A stretch of 64,000 nucleotides of DNA from a virus (lineage: Duplodnaviria; Caudoviricetes): positions 1 to 64,000 of the IMG/VR virus record IMGVR_UViG_3300045391_005708; one strand, written 5' to 3'. Under the pieces are notes generated by a model. The model had not been told where the DNA came from and did not search any database. It saw only the letters and a program-made list of their open reading frames with translations. Every line of letters starts with the position of its first letter. Positions within the stretch are counted from its first letter, which is position 1. Positions 53,542-63,502 of the stretch are shown here, one piece after another. A program made the translations under genes and the position numbers.

Positions 53542-55220
53542 ACGGGGCTCCCCGCCTGGGGCGCGCCCTCCCCGGCCGCGGACGCGGCGGGCGGGGACGC
53601 CCCGTTGGTGGACGGCGGGGCGGGCGTCGGGCTGAAGCCGCGGGCGGGCTCCAGCGTGCCGGGCTCCCGGGCGGACTGCAGCGGCCCGCCCGGGCCGGTC
53701 TGCGGGGTCTTGTCGAACAGGGCCAGGACGTAGGACACGATCTCCGGCATGTTGTCGATGAGTTGCGGGTTGGCCGACGCGATCTGGAGGGCCGTCTTGA
53801 CCGCGACCTCGCGAGCGTCCGGCGCGTCCTCCTCGTCGAAGTTCCCCGCCCCGCGCAGGGCCGCGTCGGAGATGGCCCCGACCTGGTGGAGGGCCGACGC
53901 GTCCTCCAGCCGGTTCGGGCGCTGCACCAGGCCGGACGTGTCGAACTTGACCTCGTAGGACTCCCAGTCCTTGTCGCCCATCTGCCGCTTGATCGGCCGG
54001 TAGAAGCCGGTCGTCAGCGCGTCGGCCAGCAGGCCCAGGCGGGGGTCGATGTGGGCGGACACCACCTCGTCCCGGACCAGCCACATGCCCCAGTGGTTCG
54101 CGTCGCCCATGCCGGACAGGAGTTCCGGCGGCGCGTCCAGGCCGAGGCCCAGGCGCCTGACGTTGCCCTCCAGGAGTTCGGCGCTGTGCTCGTCGAACGG
54201 GGTGCTGAAGGAGTCGAAGCGGATCTTGGAGATCGCGTCCCCGGGGGCGCCCATCAGCAGGGGCACGAACGCGGCCGCGTTCGAGCGGTCCTCCATCGGG
54301 AGGATCATCGCCGCCATGATCGCGTTGAGGACCGGGTTGTCGGAGAACTGCTGCTCCGCCTGGTTGCCGGGGACCTTGGCCGAGTTGAGGATGTCGTTCG
54401 GGAGCCAGTAGACGCCCGCCCCGGCCAGGCGGCTGTCGATCTGCGAGGACTGGTGCTCGGTCAGGCCGACCAGGGTGCGCAGCACCGGCAGGGCGCGGCG
54501 GACGGGGCTGTCCGCGCGCTCCCAGCGGGCCGGGTGCGGGTCCCAGACCTTCTCCACGTACACCTCGTCGGTGTCGTACTCCTCGCCCGCGACCTCGGTC
54601 TTCTTCTTCTTGCGCCTGACCTCCAGCGACGAGTAGACCTGCCAGCGCGTGTTCCCGCCGGTCGTGCCGCCGTCCGCCTCGTCCTCGTCCGGCTCCTCGC
54701 CGTGCGGGCTCAGGCCCTCCAGGGACGGCGCCGCCAACTGGAGCCGGTCGCTCGTCCGGTCGCTCGGGCGCCTGACCGGCAGGCCGCACAGGAAGCACGC
54801 GCCCGCGACGTACACGTTGAGGAACATGCGCTCGACCATCTGCCCCGTGACCAGGGCCAGGATCGGGTCCTCGTCCTCCGAGTTGTCGACCCGCTCGCCG
54901 TCCCGCTCGACGTACATCACGGCCTGGGCCGCGCGGCCGGAGAGCGCGTTGGCGACGTAGGCCATCTCCGGCACCTGGTCGTACATGGCCCAGCACTCCT
55001 CCTGCCAGGCCAGGTCGCCGTCGTCGTCCCGGCGCCGGTCGCGGCGCCTGTCCTCGCGGCTCGTGACGCGGGTCGCGGCCGCGGTCAGCACGCGCACCCC
55101 GACGCCCTCCTGCCAGTCCCCCGCCTCGCGGTCCGCGCTCGTCGGCCCGCCGTACGACCAGGCCGAGGGCTGGGCGACGGTCACGCGGGCGCCGCGGCGG
55201 CGCTCGAACCAGGTGGGCAC
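53538..55220 (-). CDS. Portal protein
   Basis: After terminase; WQEECW.MYD.VPE..YVAN; RLGLGLD.PPE.L.GMG.ANHW..W. Confidence 0.85.
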   Translation of the reverse strand: MPTWFERRRGARVTVAQPSAWSYGGPTSADREAGDWQEGVGVRVLTAAATRVTSREDRRRDRRRDDDGDLAWQEECWAMYDQVPEMAYVANALSGRAAQAVMYVERDGERVDNSEDEDPILALVTGQMVERMFLNVYVAGACFLCGLPVRRPSDRTSDRLQLAAPSLEGLSPHGEEPDEDEADGGTTGGNTRWQVYSSLEVRRKKKKTEVAGEEYDTDEVYVEKVWDPHPARWERADSPVRRALPVLRTLVGLTEHQSSQIDSRLAGAGVYWLPNDILNSAKVPGNQAEQQFSDNPVLNAIMAAMILPMEDRSNAAAFVPLLMGAPGDAISKIRFDSFSTPFDEHSAELLEGNVRRLGLGLDAPPELLSGMGDANHWGMWLVRDEVVSAHIDPRLGLLADALTTGFYRPIKRQMGDKDWESYEVKFDTSGLVQRPNRLEDASALHQVGAISDAALRGAGNFDEEDAPDAREVAVKTALQIASANPQLIDNMPEIVSYVLALFDKTPQTGPGGPLQSAREPGTLEPARGFSPTPAPPSTNGASPPAASAAGEGAPQAGSPV

Positions 55221-55225
55221 GGGCC

Positions 55226-55381
55226 CTATTCTAGGCCCTCGGTCAGCGCGTGGGCGAGCGCCTGATCGACGTCCGCGGGTTCCGTCTCGACCCCGTGGAC
55301 GGGGCAGATCATGTCCTCTTCGACGCGCGCCATGTGGCCACGGGGGCAGACCCCGACGCGGAGGGTGGCTGAGCCGAACAC
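55226..55381 (-). CDS. Small Zn-ribbon-like protein (51 aa)
   Basis: CPRGH...CPVHG; GTG about 7 nt downstream of GGTAGAAT. Confidence 0.5.
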   Translation of the reverse strand: MFGSATLRVGVCPRGHMARVEEDMICPVHGVETEPADVDQALAHALTEGLE

Positions 55382-55437
55382 CCTCTGATTCTACCTAGAC
55401 CTCGGTCCAGACCCCGCGCGCTCGACGTAGCCGTACG

Positions 55438-57048
55438 TCACCGCCGCCCCCGCCCCGCGTAGTCCCGGCGCCGCCCGGCCGTCGCCTGGCGCCCGCCCGT
55501 GTACGCCGCCCGGGCCACGGTGAGCCCCGTCGGGCTCAGGACCGTGGTCGGCCCGCTGGCCAGCAGGCGCCGGAGGGCCTGGGTGGTCGCGTCCACCTGG
55601 TCGTCGTGGGCGGCCGAGGGGAAGCCCTTGTGCTCCGCGAGGAAGTCGGCGACCCACTCGGCCGACGCGGGGACGGCGACGTTCCCGGCCTCCACGGTAG
55701 GCGCGACGGACCGCGCCCGGGCCTCCTTGCTCTCGGTCGGGTTGACCGGGATCACGCCGGGGATCTCCGAGGTCAGCACGTCGACGACGGCGGTGCCGTT
55801 CGCCTTGTCCTCGACCAGGTGCTCGTGCACCCCGTCCGGCACCCACTCCTGGCAGGTGGCCACGAACCGCTTGAACTCGGCCAGCGTCTCCGTGAACGTC
55901 ATGCGCCGCCTGACCTGCCGGAGCAGGTACCGCGACGACCCGGACGCGCCCCACAGTTGGCCGACCACGTAGTCGCTGTCGTCGGTCTTCTTGAAGGCCA
56001 TGTCCCAACTGGTCAGCACGCGCTCGAAGGACTCCGGCAGCCGCACGAGGTTCGGCGGCGCGCCCTCCGGCAGGGGCTCGCGGGTCCAGAACCGCCACCA
56101 GTCGTTCGAGAAGACCGCTCCGCTCGCGGGCTGCGGGTCCTGCTGGTACTGGGCGGCCCACTGGTACGAGCCGACCGCCTGCCTGATGTCGGCCCAGCGC
56201 TCCAGCGCCCCCGCGGCGTCCTCGACCACGATCGGGCTCAGCAGGGGCTCGCCGGGCGAGCGGCCGAGGCTGTCGACCGGCCCCTCCTCGTCCGGCCCGC
56301 GGTCCACCGCGACCGCCGGGAACGAGATGACCTCGAACTGCGCCGGGTCGCCGTCGTACTCCGGGCTCAGCAGGCGGCCGATGAAGTCGTCCTCGTGCCA
56401 GCGCGTGCCGATCGCCAGGACCAGGCTCGGGGGGTGCAGCCGGTTGCGCGCGTCGCCGGTCCACCAGTCCCACACGAAGTCGCGCATCGCCTTGCTGTGC
56501 GCGTCGGCGAAGCCCTTCACCACGTCGTCGAGGATCATGACCTTCGCGCCCCGGCCGACGATCGACTCCCGGATGGACCGGGACAGGAACACGCCGCCCT
56601 CGGTCGTCTCCCACTCCTTCGCCGCCCCCGCGTCGCGCGCGATCTCGACGCCGAGGCCTTCCCCGCGGTCCTCCACCAGGCGCCGCACGGCCCGGCCCCA
56701 GCCGGAGGCCAGGGACGGGTCGTGGGACAGGTTCATGAACTCCCAGCCCGGGTGCCGGTGCAGGCACCAGGTCGGGAAGTAGACCGTCCCGAGGGTGCTC
56801 TTGCCGGTCCGGGGCGGCATCGACACCGTGACCCAGGCGGACCGCCCGGACTCCACCCGCGCGACGGCCGCCGCCAGCCGGTCGGACAGGTACCTCAGGT
56901 GGTCCCGGACGACGTAGCCCGGCTCCAGGTGCAGGGCCAGGTCGGCGGGGGTCCGCCACGTCTGGGAGTCGCCGAGGCGCCGGAACACGTCGGCCTGCAG
57001 GTCCGCGATCCAGTCGGCCCCGCCGGTCCAGGGGAGGGCGGCGCTCAC
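55438..57048 (-). CDS. terL: Terminase large subunit
   Basis: Walker A MPPRTGKST, Walker B MILDD, IGTRWHEDD.IGRL, nuclease SWDMAF..DSDY and HDDQVDA. Confidence 0.93.
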   Translation of the reverse strand: MSAALPWTGGADWIADLQADVFRRLGDSQTWRTPADLALHLEPGYVVRDHLRYLSDRLAAAVARVESGRSAWVTVSMPPRTGKSTLGTVYFPTWCLHRHPGWEFMNLSHDPSLASGWGRAVRRLVEDRGEGLGVEIARDAGAAKEWETTEGGVFLSRSIRESIVGRGAKVMILDDVVKGFADAHSKAMRDFVWDWWTGDARNRLHPPSLVLAIGTRWHEDDFIGRLLSPEYDGDPAQFEVISFPAVAVDRGPDEEGPVDSLGRSPGEPLLSPIVVEDAAGALERWADIRQAVGSYQWAAQYQQDPQPASGAVFSNDWWRFWTREPLPEGAPPNLVRLPESFERVLTSWDMAFKKTDDSDYVVGQLWGASGSSRYLLRQVRRRMTFTETLAEFKRFVATCQEWVPDGVHEHLVEDKANGTAVVDVLTSEIPGVIPVNPTESKEARARSVAPTVEAGNVAVPASAEWVADFLAEHKGFPSAAHDDQVDATTQALRRLLASGPTTVLSPTGLTVARAAYTGGRQATAGRRRDYAGRGRR

Positions 57049-57491
57049 GCCACCTCGTCCCCGACCCAGCGCAGGACCCCGCGGCGGCGGACCCACCGGC
57101 CGCCGGTCAGGGCGTGCGGCGCCCCGGGGCGCCTGCCCCCGCGCCGCCTCGACAGGCCCAGCCTCCTGGCCTGGTAGGACACCGACCCCGGGTGCCGGAA
57201 GCCGTGCAGGGCGGCCATCTCCGCCAGCGTGACGCCCGCGGCCCAGTCGGCCTCGAACGCCGCGACCTGCTCGGGGGTCGCCAGGACCGGCGGCCGCCCG
57301 CCCCGGGGCAGCACGCGGGCGCGCCGCGGCTCCAGCCCCAGGCGCCGGGCGGCCTTGGCGGGCCCGCTCTCGCCCGCCCAGCCGAACCAGGCGGCCAGGT
57401 CCCGCAGGGACACCCCGGCCTCCCAGTGCCGCCTGAAGGAGTCCTCGTCCTCCCGGGTCCGCAGCACCCACGACGCGCCCACGGCCGTCAC
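57045..57491 (-). CDS. Tandem helix-turn-helix protein
   Basis: Two repeats of W..GV.L...A..FG......A.RLGL..R. Confidence 0.7.
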   Translation of the reverse strand: MTAVGASWVLRTREDEDSFRRHWEAGVSLRDLAAWFGWAGESGPAKAARRLGLEPRRARVLPRGGRPPVLATPEQVAAFEADWAAGVTLAEMAALHGFRHPGSVSYQARRLGLSRRRGGRRPGAPHALTGGRWVRRRGVLRWVGDEVA

Positions 57492-57727
57492 CCCTCCCCG
57501 CCGTCGTCCCGGTCGGCCTCCCAGTACTCCAGGCCGCGGTAGGTCTGCGCTGGCCTCCGCCGCCTGGCCGTCAGCGCGGCCGGGGGCCGCGGCCCGACGC
57601 GCAGGGCCTCGAAGTGGACCTCCGTGTCGGCGTCGTCGAGTTCCACCTCCAGGCCCTCGACCAGGGCCGGGAGGGCGTACCTCCGCGCCCGGGGGGCGGC
57701 CGCGACGAAGACCCTCACGGACCCCAT
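57488..57727 (-). CDS. Hypothetical protein
   Basis: ATG start; GTGA overlap downstream. Confidence 0.45.
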   Translation of the reverse strand: MGSVRVFVAAAPRARRYALPALVEGLEVELDDADTEVHFEALRVGPRPPAALTARRRRPAQTYRGLEYWEADRDDGGEG

Positions 57728-57899
57728 TCTCACGCGCCGCCGTCGGCCCGGGGACCCGGCGCCGGGTCCCCGGCGGCCGCCGCGGGGCGGTTCCACACCT
57801 CGTCGCCACCGTCTTGCGAGGTCCACGAGCCGACGCACGCGCCGGTCAGGTGGGGGCCGTGCGCGGACACCCCCCAGGTCGGCGGGTCACCCTCGCCGG

Positions 57900-58295
57900 T
57901 CACGGCCGCGTGTCCCGCTCGACGGCCGCGACGACGGCCAGGCCCAGCGCCAGGAGGAAGAACACCCCGCCCGCCCACGACCAGCCCCCGTCCAGGCCCA
58001 GCAGGCACAGGAACACCACGAGGAAGCACGCGGCCGCGCCGCCCAGCCCCTCGTCGAGGTCCCGGCGCGCCCGCGGCCGGACGACCGGCCGCGCGCCCGG
58101 CGGCGGGTCGCCCCGGTGCCACGAGGCGCCGCAGGGCTCGCAGATCCAGGCGACGACCTCCCCGGTCGCGCGCAGTTCGACGGCCGTCGCGTCGCGACCG
58201 CAGTGCGCGGGCGCCCGGGGGTCGCGCCCCGGGGGCGGGCCGTCCGCGGGCCACCCGCGCAACTCCCGGAGCCGGGCGCGCGACGCGGCGCTCAC
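57900..58295 (-). CDS. Zn-ribbon plus membrane protein
   Basis: HCG...CEPC and two C-terminal TM helices. Confidence 0.5.
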   Translation of the reverse strand: MSAASRARLRELRGWPADGPPPGRDPRAPAHCGRDATAVELRATGEVVAWICEPCGASWHRGDPPPGARPVVRPRARRDLDEGLGGAAACFLVVFLCLLGLDGGWSWAGGVFFLLALGLAVVAAVERDTRP

Positions 58296-58561
58296 GGCCG
58301 GGCCTCCCCGCACCACGAGCACCGGCCGGGCTCCGCGACGCTGGCCACGTGCGCCCGCTCCAGGCCGACGACCCCGCCGCGCACGGCGCAGCGCCCCGAG
58401 GACCGCGGTGAACGTGTGCTCGAAGCGGGTCTGCACCGCCTGCGGCTGGCCCGGTCCGGCCGCCCGGACGGCGGGCGCGGCAGGAGCCCCAGCAGGGCCG
58501 CAGTGCCCAGGACAGCAAGGGAAGCCAGTGCCGGGGTCAGGGCCGTGAGCGCGGGCCACAC
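58292..58561 (-). CDS. Hypothetical protein
   Basis: Hydrophobic N-terminus, CSWC at the C-terminus; abuts neighbours. Confidence 0.4.
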   Translation of the reverse strand: MWPALTALTPALASLAVLGTAALLGLLPRPPSGRPDRASRRRCRPASSTRSPRSSGRCAVRGGVVGLERAHVASVAEPGRCSWCGEARP

Positions 58562-58562
58562 C

Positions 58563-58952
58563 TCAGTCCGCCGGGACCCAGGCCGAGACGACGCGGCGCA
58601 CGGGGCGCGCCTCCGTGCCGTCCCGGCGGCCGTTGACGATGCCGCTCAGCGTCCGCGCGTCCTCCAGCGTCTCGCAGGGCTGGACGCCCTCCGCCCACTC
58701 GCCGGGCTTGCCCGCGACCGGCGCCCGCAGGCCCGCCGCGACCTCCTGGCCCAGCGGGACGCCCGCGTGCAGCAACTCCGCCGCCGCGCGCGCCGCGCCG
58801 TGGTCCGCCGCGCCGGAGACGTGGGCCACGGCCGACGCCCAGGTGTCGGCGTCCACCAGGAAGTCGCCCTCGTCCGGCCCCAGGTCGACACGCACGCCGC
58901 CGTCCGCGGCCCGCTCGAACGACAGCCCGTCCCTCGCCTTGAATCCGCCCAT
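58563..58952 (-). CDS. Hypothetical protein
   Basis: GGAGAG RBS, ATG, 129 aa. Confidence 0.6.
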   Translation of the reverse strand: MGGFKARDGLSFERAADGGVRVDLGPDEGDFLVDADTWASAVAHVSGAADHGAARAAAELLHAGVPLGQEVAAGLRAPVAGKPGEWAEGVQPCETLEDARTLSGIVNGRRDGTEARPVRRVVSAWVPAD

Positions 58953-58968
58953 CGTCTCTCCGCCTCTC

Positions 58969-59541
58969 TCACAGGAGGGCCGCGTCCTCGGTGGACAGGC
59001 CCTCGTCGAACCGCTCGCCCCCCGGCGGCAGCGCCGCGGGGGTCCGCGCCGCGGAGGACCGCAGCGCCTCGAAGAACGCCGCCGCGATCTCCCTCTTGTC
59101 GTCCGGCCCCAGGCCGGGCCGGTCCAGCGCCGCGACCAGGGCCGAGCCCATCAGCGCGACCTTGGACCGCTCGACCTCGACCAACTGGCCGGAGATCATG
59201 TCGGCGAAGTCCAGGCCGAGCAGGCGCGCCCGGCGCTCCAGCACCTTCAGCGCGACCTCGACCGCCCGGGCGTCGCCCGCCAGGGCCCTGTCCCAGATCC
59301 CGTCCTGCAGGGTGTCCAGGCGCTCCTCCTCGACGCGGATCGCCTCCGCGCGGAGGAAGCCCGCGTTCTCGTCCTTGGCGACCGCGCGCCGCCAGATCCG
59401 GTCGGCGTTGCGGAAGCCGAACTCCCGCTCGATCCGCCGGAACGACCAGCCGCGGATCTTGTGCTCGCAGACGATCTGCTCCTTGCGCAGCGCCTCGGCC
59501 TCCTCGGCGGCCGACAGGATGCGGGCGGGCCGGTCGGTCAC
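58969..59541 (-). CDS. HTH protein, probable terminase small subunit
   Basis: GWSFRRI, RLD.L...IW..AL.GD..AV...LKVLERRARLLGLD. Confidence 0.7.
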   Translation of the reverse strand: MTDRPARILSAAEEAEALRKEQIVCEHKIRGWSFRRIEREFGFRNADRIWRRAVAKDENAGFLRAEAIRVEEERLDTLQDGIWDRALAGDARAVEVALKVLERRARLLGLDFADMISGQLVEVERSKVALMGSALVAALDRPGLGPDDKREIAAAFFEALRSSAARTPAALPPGGERFDEGLSTEDAALL

Positions 59542-59897
59542 TCCCCCTCCGCGGCCGCGAGCAGCGCCGTGTGCCAGCGGACGAACTCGGCCCCGCCGTC
59601 CGCGCCGGGGTTCTCCAGGCGCGTCCGGTGGGTCAGGACCAGGTGGAGCCACGTCGCGCGCCCGATCCGGTCGGACGGCATGCCCGGGTCGCCCGGGCAG
59701 GGGAAGCCGTCCCGCCAGCCGCGGCAGCGCTCGGGCGCCGCCGTCCCGCCGTGGAGCGGGCACCAGTCAGCCCGGGCGCCGTCGCCGTGCAGGGCGTGCG
59801 AGAACGGGTTCCGCCAGGCCCGGCCCGCCCGGAGGCGGTCGAACTCGTCCGCCACCCGGGACAGGGCCCGGTCCCCTGACCGCGCGTCCTGGCTCAC
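59538..59897 (-). CDS. Hypothetical protein (Cys/His-containing)
   Basis: GTGA overlaps at both ends. Confidence 0.55.
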   Translation of the reverse strand: MSQDARSGDRALSRVADEFDRLRAGRAWRNPFSHALHGDGARADWCPLHGGTAAPERCRGWRDGFPCPGDPGMPSDRIGRATWLHLVLTHRTRLENPGADGGAEFVRWHTALLAAAEGE

Positions 59898-60154
59898 TCC
59901 GCGGCCGCCTTCACCGCGCCGATCAGCCCGGCCACGCCGTTCCGCGGGATCCACAGGTCGGGGTGCGTCTCCCAGTCCTGGGCGACCTCCAGCACGCGGG
60001 CCAGCGCCAGGGCGTCCGGGTCCTCCCCGGCCGCGACCGTCTCCGCGACCGTCGTGTCGGGGTTCTCGGCCGCGTACGCCGCCGACACCACCCGGCCGGT
60101 GACGGCCGAGCGGAACAGGGTCCGCGCCCCGTCAGACGAGGGCGTCGTCGTCAC
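59894..60154 (-). CDS. Hypothetical protein
   Basis: FRSAVTGRVVSAAYAAENPDTTVAE motif. Confidence 0.55.
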   Translation of the reverse strand: MTTTPSSDGARTLFRSAVTGRVVSAAYAAENPDTTVAETVAAGEDPDALALARVLEVAQDWETHPDLWIPRNGVAGLIGAVKAAAE

Positions 60155-60434
60155 TGGTGTCGACCTTCTCGCGCAGCGCGGCCGCGCGCCGCGCCCGCTC
60201 CGCCTCGTCCTCGTCCGCGCCGTGGACCGTCGCGTCGATCCCCTGGTTGTTCTGCTCCAGGTACGGGCTCTCCGACGCGAAGACGTGGCGCCGCTGGGCG
60301 TCGGCCAGCGCCAGGCGCGCCCTGTCCGCGTCCTTGGCCGTCTTCTCGGCGCGGGCCCTGGCCTTCTCCAGGACCCGGACCGCCAGGTCCAACTCCTCCG
60401 CCGCCAACTGCTCCTTGCTCTTGCGCTCCGCCAC
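60132..60434 (-). CDS. Coiled-coil hypothetical protein
   Basis: GGAGG RBS; GGTAGGAT -10 at 60487-60494. Confidence 0.6.
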   Translation of the reverse strand: MAERKSKEQLAAEELDLAVRVLEKARARAEKTAKDADRARLALADAQRRHVFASESPYLEQNNQGIDATVHGADEDEAERARRAAALREKVDTSDDDALV

Positions 60435-60682
60435 GCTCGTCCCACCTCCGGGTCGCGCCGCGGCCGTGCGCCGCGGGGTCCCGCCCATCCTACCGCGCCG
60501 CGGCCCGCCGGGCGGCGCCGTGCTGTACCGCCGTCCGGCGCGCCCGCGACCCGCGCCGACCCGGGGCGAGGGTCTGTCTGCAGCCCGGCCGGGCGGCGGC
60601 GCCGCCTGGCGGCGAGGGCACCCGCGCAGGCCCGGCCGCCGGGCGGTGCAGTCTCGGTCTGCACCGGCCGGGCCCCGGGGTG

Positions 60683-60965
60683 GAGAAGTTGAAGTTTCGG
60701 CCCTATTTGTTGGCCCCCCAAGTTTTCCCCCCTCCCCGACCCCACCCCGACCCACCTCAGACCTTCCTCCGACGAATCTTCAACTTCTTCAACCCAGAGG
60801 TCGAAAAGTACCCCTGACCTGGGCCTTTGTAGGTTGAAGTTTCGCCCGGAGAACCTCAACCTGGGTGGCCCGGGTGGCCCTTCCCGCCCCCTGCCGCGCG
60901 GCGCCCCCGGCGAAACCGCCGCCCGGCGGCCCCGGCCCGCCCCCGCCGGTTCCGCCACCCGAAAC
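60683..60965. repeat. Non-coding cluster of direct and inverted GTTGAAG/GTTTCG repeats (candidate ori or packaging site)
   Basis: GTTGAAGTTTCG at 60688 and 60833; AGAAGTTGAAG 60684 inverted with CTTCAACTTCT 60778; CGAAAC near 60911 and 60960; AT-richer than flanks. Confidence 0.5.
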
Positions 60966-61004
60966 TCCACCCGCCGCGCGGCGTTTCCGGGCCGCCGCCG
61001 CGCG

Positions 61005-61232
61005 TCACGTCAGGCGCCTGTCCCGGCGCCCCATCCGGGGCCACCCGCCGTCGTCGGCGTGCTCCCGGCGGCACCGCAGGCAGACGCCGACCAGGTGCGT
61101 CGCCGGGGCGCCGCAGCCGGGGCACCTGTGCTCGTCGGCGTCGCACCGCGGGCAGCACCGCGGGCAGCCGTGCGCCGGGGACTCCCGGCAGGGCTCGTCC
61201 GGCGCGTCCGGCCGGTCGGGGACCGGCCTCAC
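61005..61232 (-). CDS. Cys-rich small protein (75 aa)
   Basis: CPRCCPRC..CPGC..CLRC; GTGA overlap with the primase stop. Confidence 0.5.
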   Translation of the reverse strand: MRPVPDRPDAPDEPCRESPAHGCPRCCPRCDADEHRCPGCGAPATHLVGVCLRCRREHADDGGWPRMGRRDRRLT

Positions 61233-63502
61233 TCGTCCTCCCACTCCCGCAGCCGCAGCCCGCGGAAGCCGTCGACCCCCTTGCGCCGCGCGCGCACGAG
61301 GCCGCCGACCTGGGCGAGCCGGGCGAAGAACTTGTGCTTCCCGAGTTTCGACTCGCCGTCCTCGGCCAGCAGGTACGCCGTCCACAGCGCCGAGTTGCGC
61401 GTCCAGGCGTCGGCGTCGAACTCGGCGTGGTCGGCCAGCCAGCGCCGCACGCTGTCGCCGCTCCGGCCCATCTCGACGCGGGCCTGGAGCACGCTCTCCG
61501 GCTCCTCGAACCGGCCGCGGGCCATGAGCACCCGCAGGGCCTCGACCGCCCGGGCGAGCACGCCGCGCACCTCCGCGGGGTCCAGCAGGCGGTCCGTCAG
61601 GCCCGCGTCCTCCCGGCCGTAGAACGAGTGCGGGAACGGGACGACGATCCACCGCGAGAAGAACGCCTCCGAGGAGTCGTTGACGCCGAACAGGGCGTTC
61701 GCCGAGAACACCGGCACCGCCCAGGGCGTGAACGAGAACGGCTGGCCGTACTTCCGGTCGGCCGACAGCCGGTCGCCGCCGGTCAGGCCCTTGACCAGCG
61801 CCGGGCGCTCCATGAACGAGGCGTCGATGTCGCCCGCGATGTTGGCCTGGGCGCCGTAGACCTCCGCCGTCTTGAACTTGTCCTCCGCGAGGGCGTGCAG
61901 GTCGACGTTCGAGACGTTCGCGTCGCCGAGCAGCGCCTGGACCACCCGGAGCAGCGTCCCCTTGCCGTTCCGGCCCTTCTCGCCCCAGAGCAAGACCGAC
62001 TTGTGCAGCGGGTTGCCCATCAGCACGAGGTACCCCAGGACCTCCCAGACGAACCCCACCGCGTCGTCGGGCAGGACCTCCTGGAGGAACCTGTCGAACC
62101 GCGGGCACCGCGCGCCGGGGTCGTACTCGTGGGGCAACTGCACCGTGGACAGGAACGACGGGTCGTGGGGCTCCACGAGGCCGGTCCGCCAGCGGACCAT
62201 CCCGTTGAGGCAGTTGACGTACTCGGGGTGCGTCGGCTCCCGGGTCAGCCGCGGCGTGTCCGGGCTGTCCCTCAGGAACTCGGTCGTCGTGTTCCTCTTG
62301 GCCTGCGTCCAGGCGTCGCCGAAGATCACCGTGACCGCCCCGGCCACGTCGGCCTCGCCGTCGCGCCAGACGCCGCCGCGGTACGTCAGCAGGCGCCGGT
62401 CCAGGGCGTCCACGCCGACCGGCATCGCGGCGGCCAGGTGGCGGGCCAGGGGCTCGACGGACAGGCCCCCGCCCTGGCGCGTCCACCGCGCGGGGGAGTA
62501 GGAGAACAGGTCCCGCACGTCCGCCGACGCCGGGGGCGGGGCCAGGGGCAGCGGGGCGAAGTCGTCGGCCGCCTCCGCCTCCAGGGCGACGCTGGGCCAG
62601 CCGCCGCCGTCCTCCTCGGCGTACTCCAGCGCGTGCCTGCTGACCTCCTCGTGCTCCCGGCGCGTCCACGGGTCCGGCCCGGGCGCGGCGCAGGCCGCCT
62701 CCCAGGTCAGGTCGTGGACCTCGGCCTCGTCCAGGCAGCCGCCGAGGGCCAGGCGGAACAGCGTCGGCAGCCAGGCCATGAGGGCGTTGTTCCGGCCGCC
62801 GTAGCCCTCGGAGTTCTCCGCGACCTCCCGGCACGCCTTCTTCAGGATCGAGAACGCCTTGTCCCTCTGCCGGTCGGACGGCTCGCCGTCGACCGGCTCC
62901 AGGTCCGTCCTGTCCTCCCGGGCCGCCCGCACCCTGGCCGTGACGCCCAGGTCGTCGGCCCGCGCCAGCCACTCGTCGGCGGGGAGCGGCCGCCGGGAGT
63001 CCGTCTCGCCCCACCTGTACGGCGTCCCGTCCGCGGGCTCGCTTGCCAGGAACATCATCCGCGAGGGCTGGGCGCAGGTCCGGTCGAACTGCCCCGGCCC
63101 CAGGGCCTCCACCAGCGCCAGCGTGACCCGCTGGGCCTCCTCGCCGGTCACGTCCCGGTCCAGGGGCAGGTGGACCCGGTACCGCGGCTCCGCCCCCGTG
63201 TGGCTGTTCGTCGTGTGCCAGCACAGCGCGTGGTCGCCCAGGAGCACCTCCAGGTCTTCCGGGAACCACGGGTCGGCCCTGTCCGCGTCCAGGTAGACGA
63301 CCGACCGGCTCCTGACGAACTCGTCCGCCTTGCGCGTGCCCTCCAGCAGGCCGCCGAAGACGCCGCCGCAGTCCTTGCGCTGCCCCGGCGTGGTCAGCCG
63401 CACCGCGGCCTTGTACTCCGCCCAGGACAGGCCCTTCGGCAGCCACTCCTCGCTCGTCCGCGCGGGCGCCTTGGCCAGGCAGACGTGCAGCCGCCTGCTC
63501 AC
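61229..63502 (-). CDS. Primase-helicase (prim-pol-like N-terminus, D5/P4-family SF3 helicase C-terminus)
   Basis: YLDAD, HTTNSHT..PRYRV.LPL; NCLNG, GEKGRNGKGT, VKGLTGGD. Confidence 0.9.
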   Translation of the reverse strand: MSRRLHVCLAKAPARTSEEWLPKGLSWAEYKAAVRLTTPGQRKDCGGVFGGLLEGTRKADEFVRSRSVVYLDADRADPWFPEDLEVLLGDHALCWHTTNSHTGAEPRYRVHLPLDRDVTGEEAQRVTLALVEALGPGQFDRTCAQPSRMMFLASEPADGTPYRWGETDSRRPLPADEWLARADDLGVTARVRAAREDRTDLEPVDGEPSDRQRDKAFSILKKACREVAENSEGYGGRNNALMAWLPTLFRLALGGCLDEAEVHDLTWEAACAAPGPDPWTRREHEEVSRHALEYAEEDGGGWPSVALEAEAADDFAPLPLAPPPASADVRDLFSYSPARWTRQGGGLSVEPLARHLAAAMPVGVDALDRRLLTYRGGVWRDGEADVAGAVTVIFGDAWTQAKRNTTTEFLRDSPDTPRLTREPTHPEYVNCLNGMVRWRTGLVEPHDPSFLSTVQLPHEYDPGARCPRFDRFLQEVLPDDAVGFVWEVLGYLVLMGNPLHKSVLLWGEKGRNGKGTLLRVVQALLGDANVSNVDLHALAEDKFKTAEVYGAQANIAGDIDASFMERPALVKGLTGGDRLSADRKYGQPFSFTPWAVPVFSANALFGVNDSSEAFFSRWIVVPFPHSFYGREDAGLTDRLLDPAEVRGVLARAVEALRVLMARGRFEEPESVLQARVEMGRSGDSVRRWLADHAEFDADAWTRNSALWTAYLLAEDGESKLGKHKFFARLAQVGGLVRARRKGVDGFRGLRLREWEDE

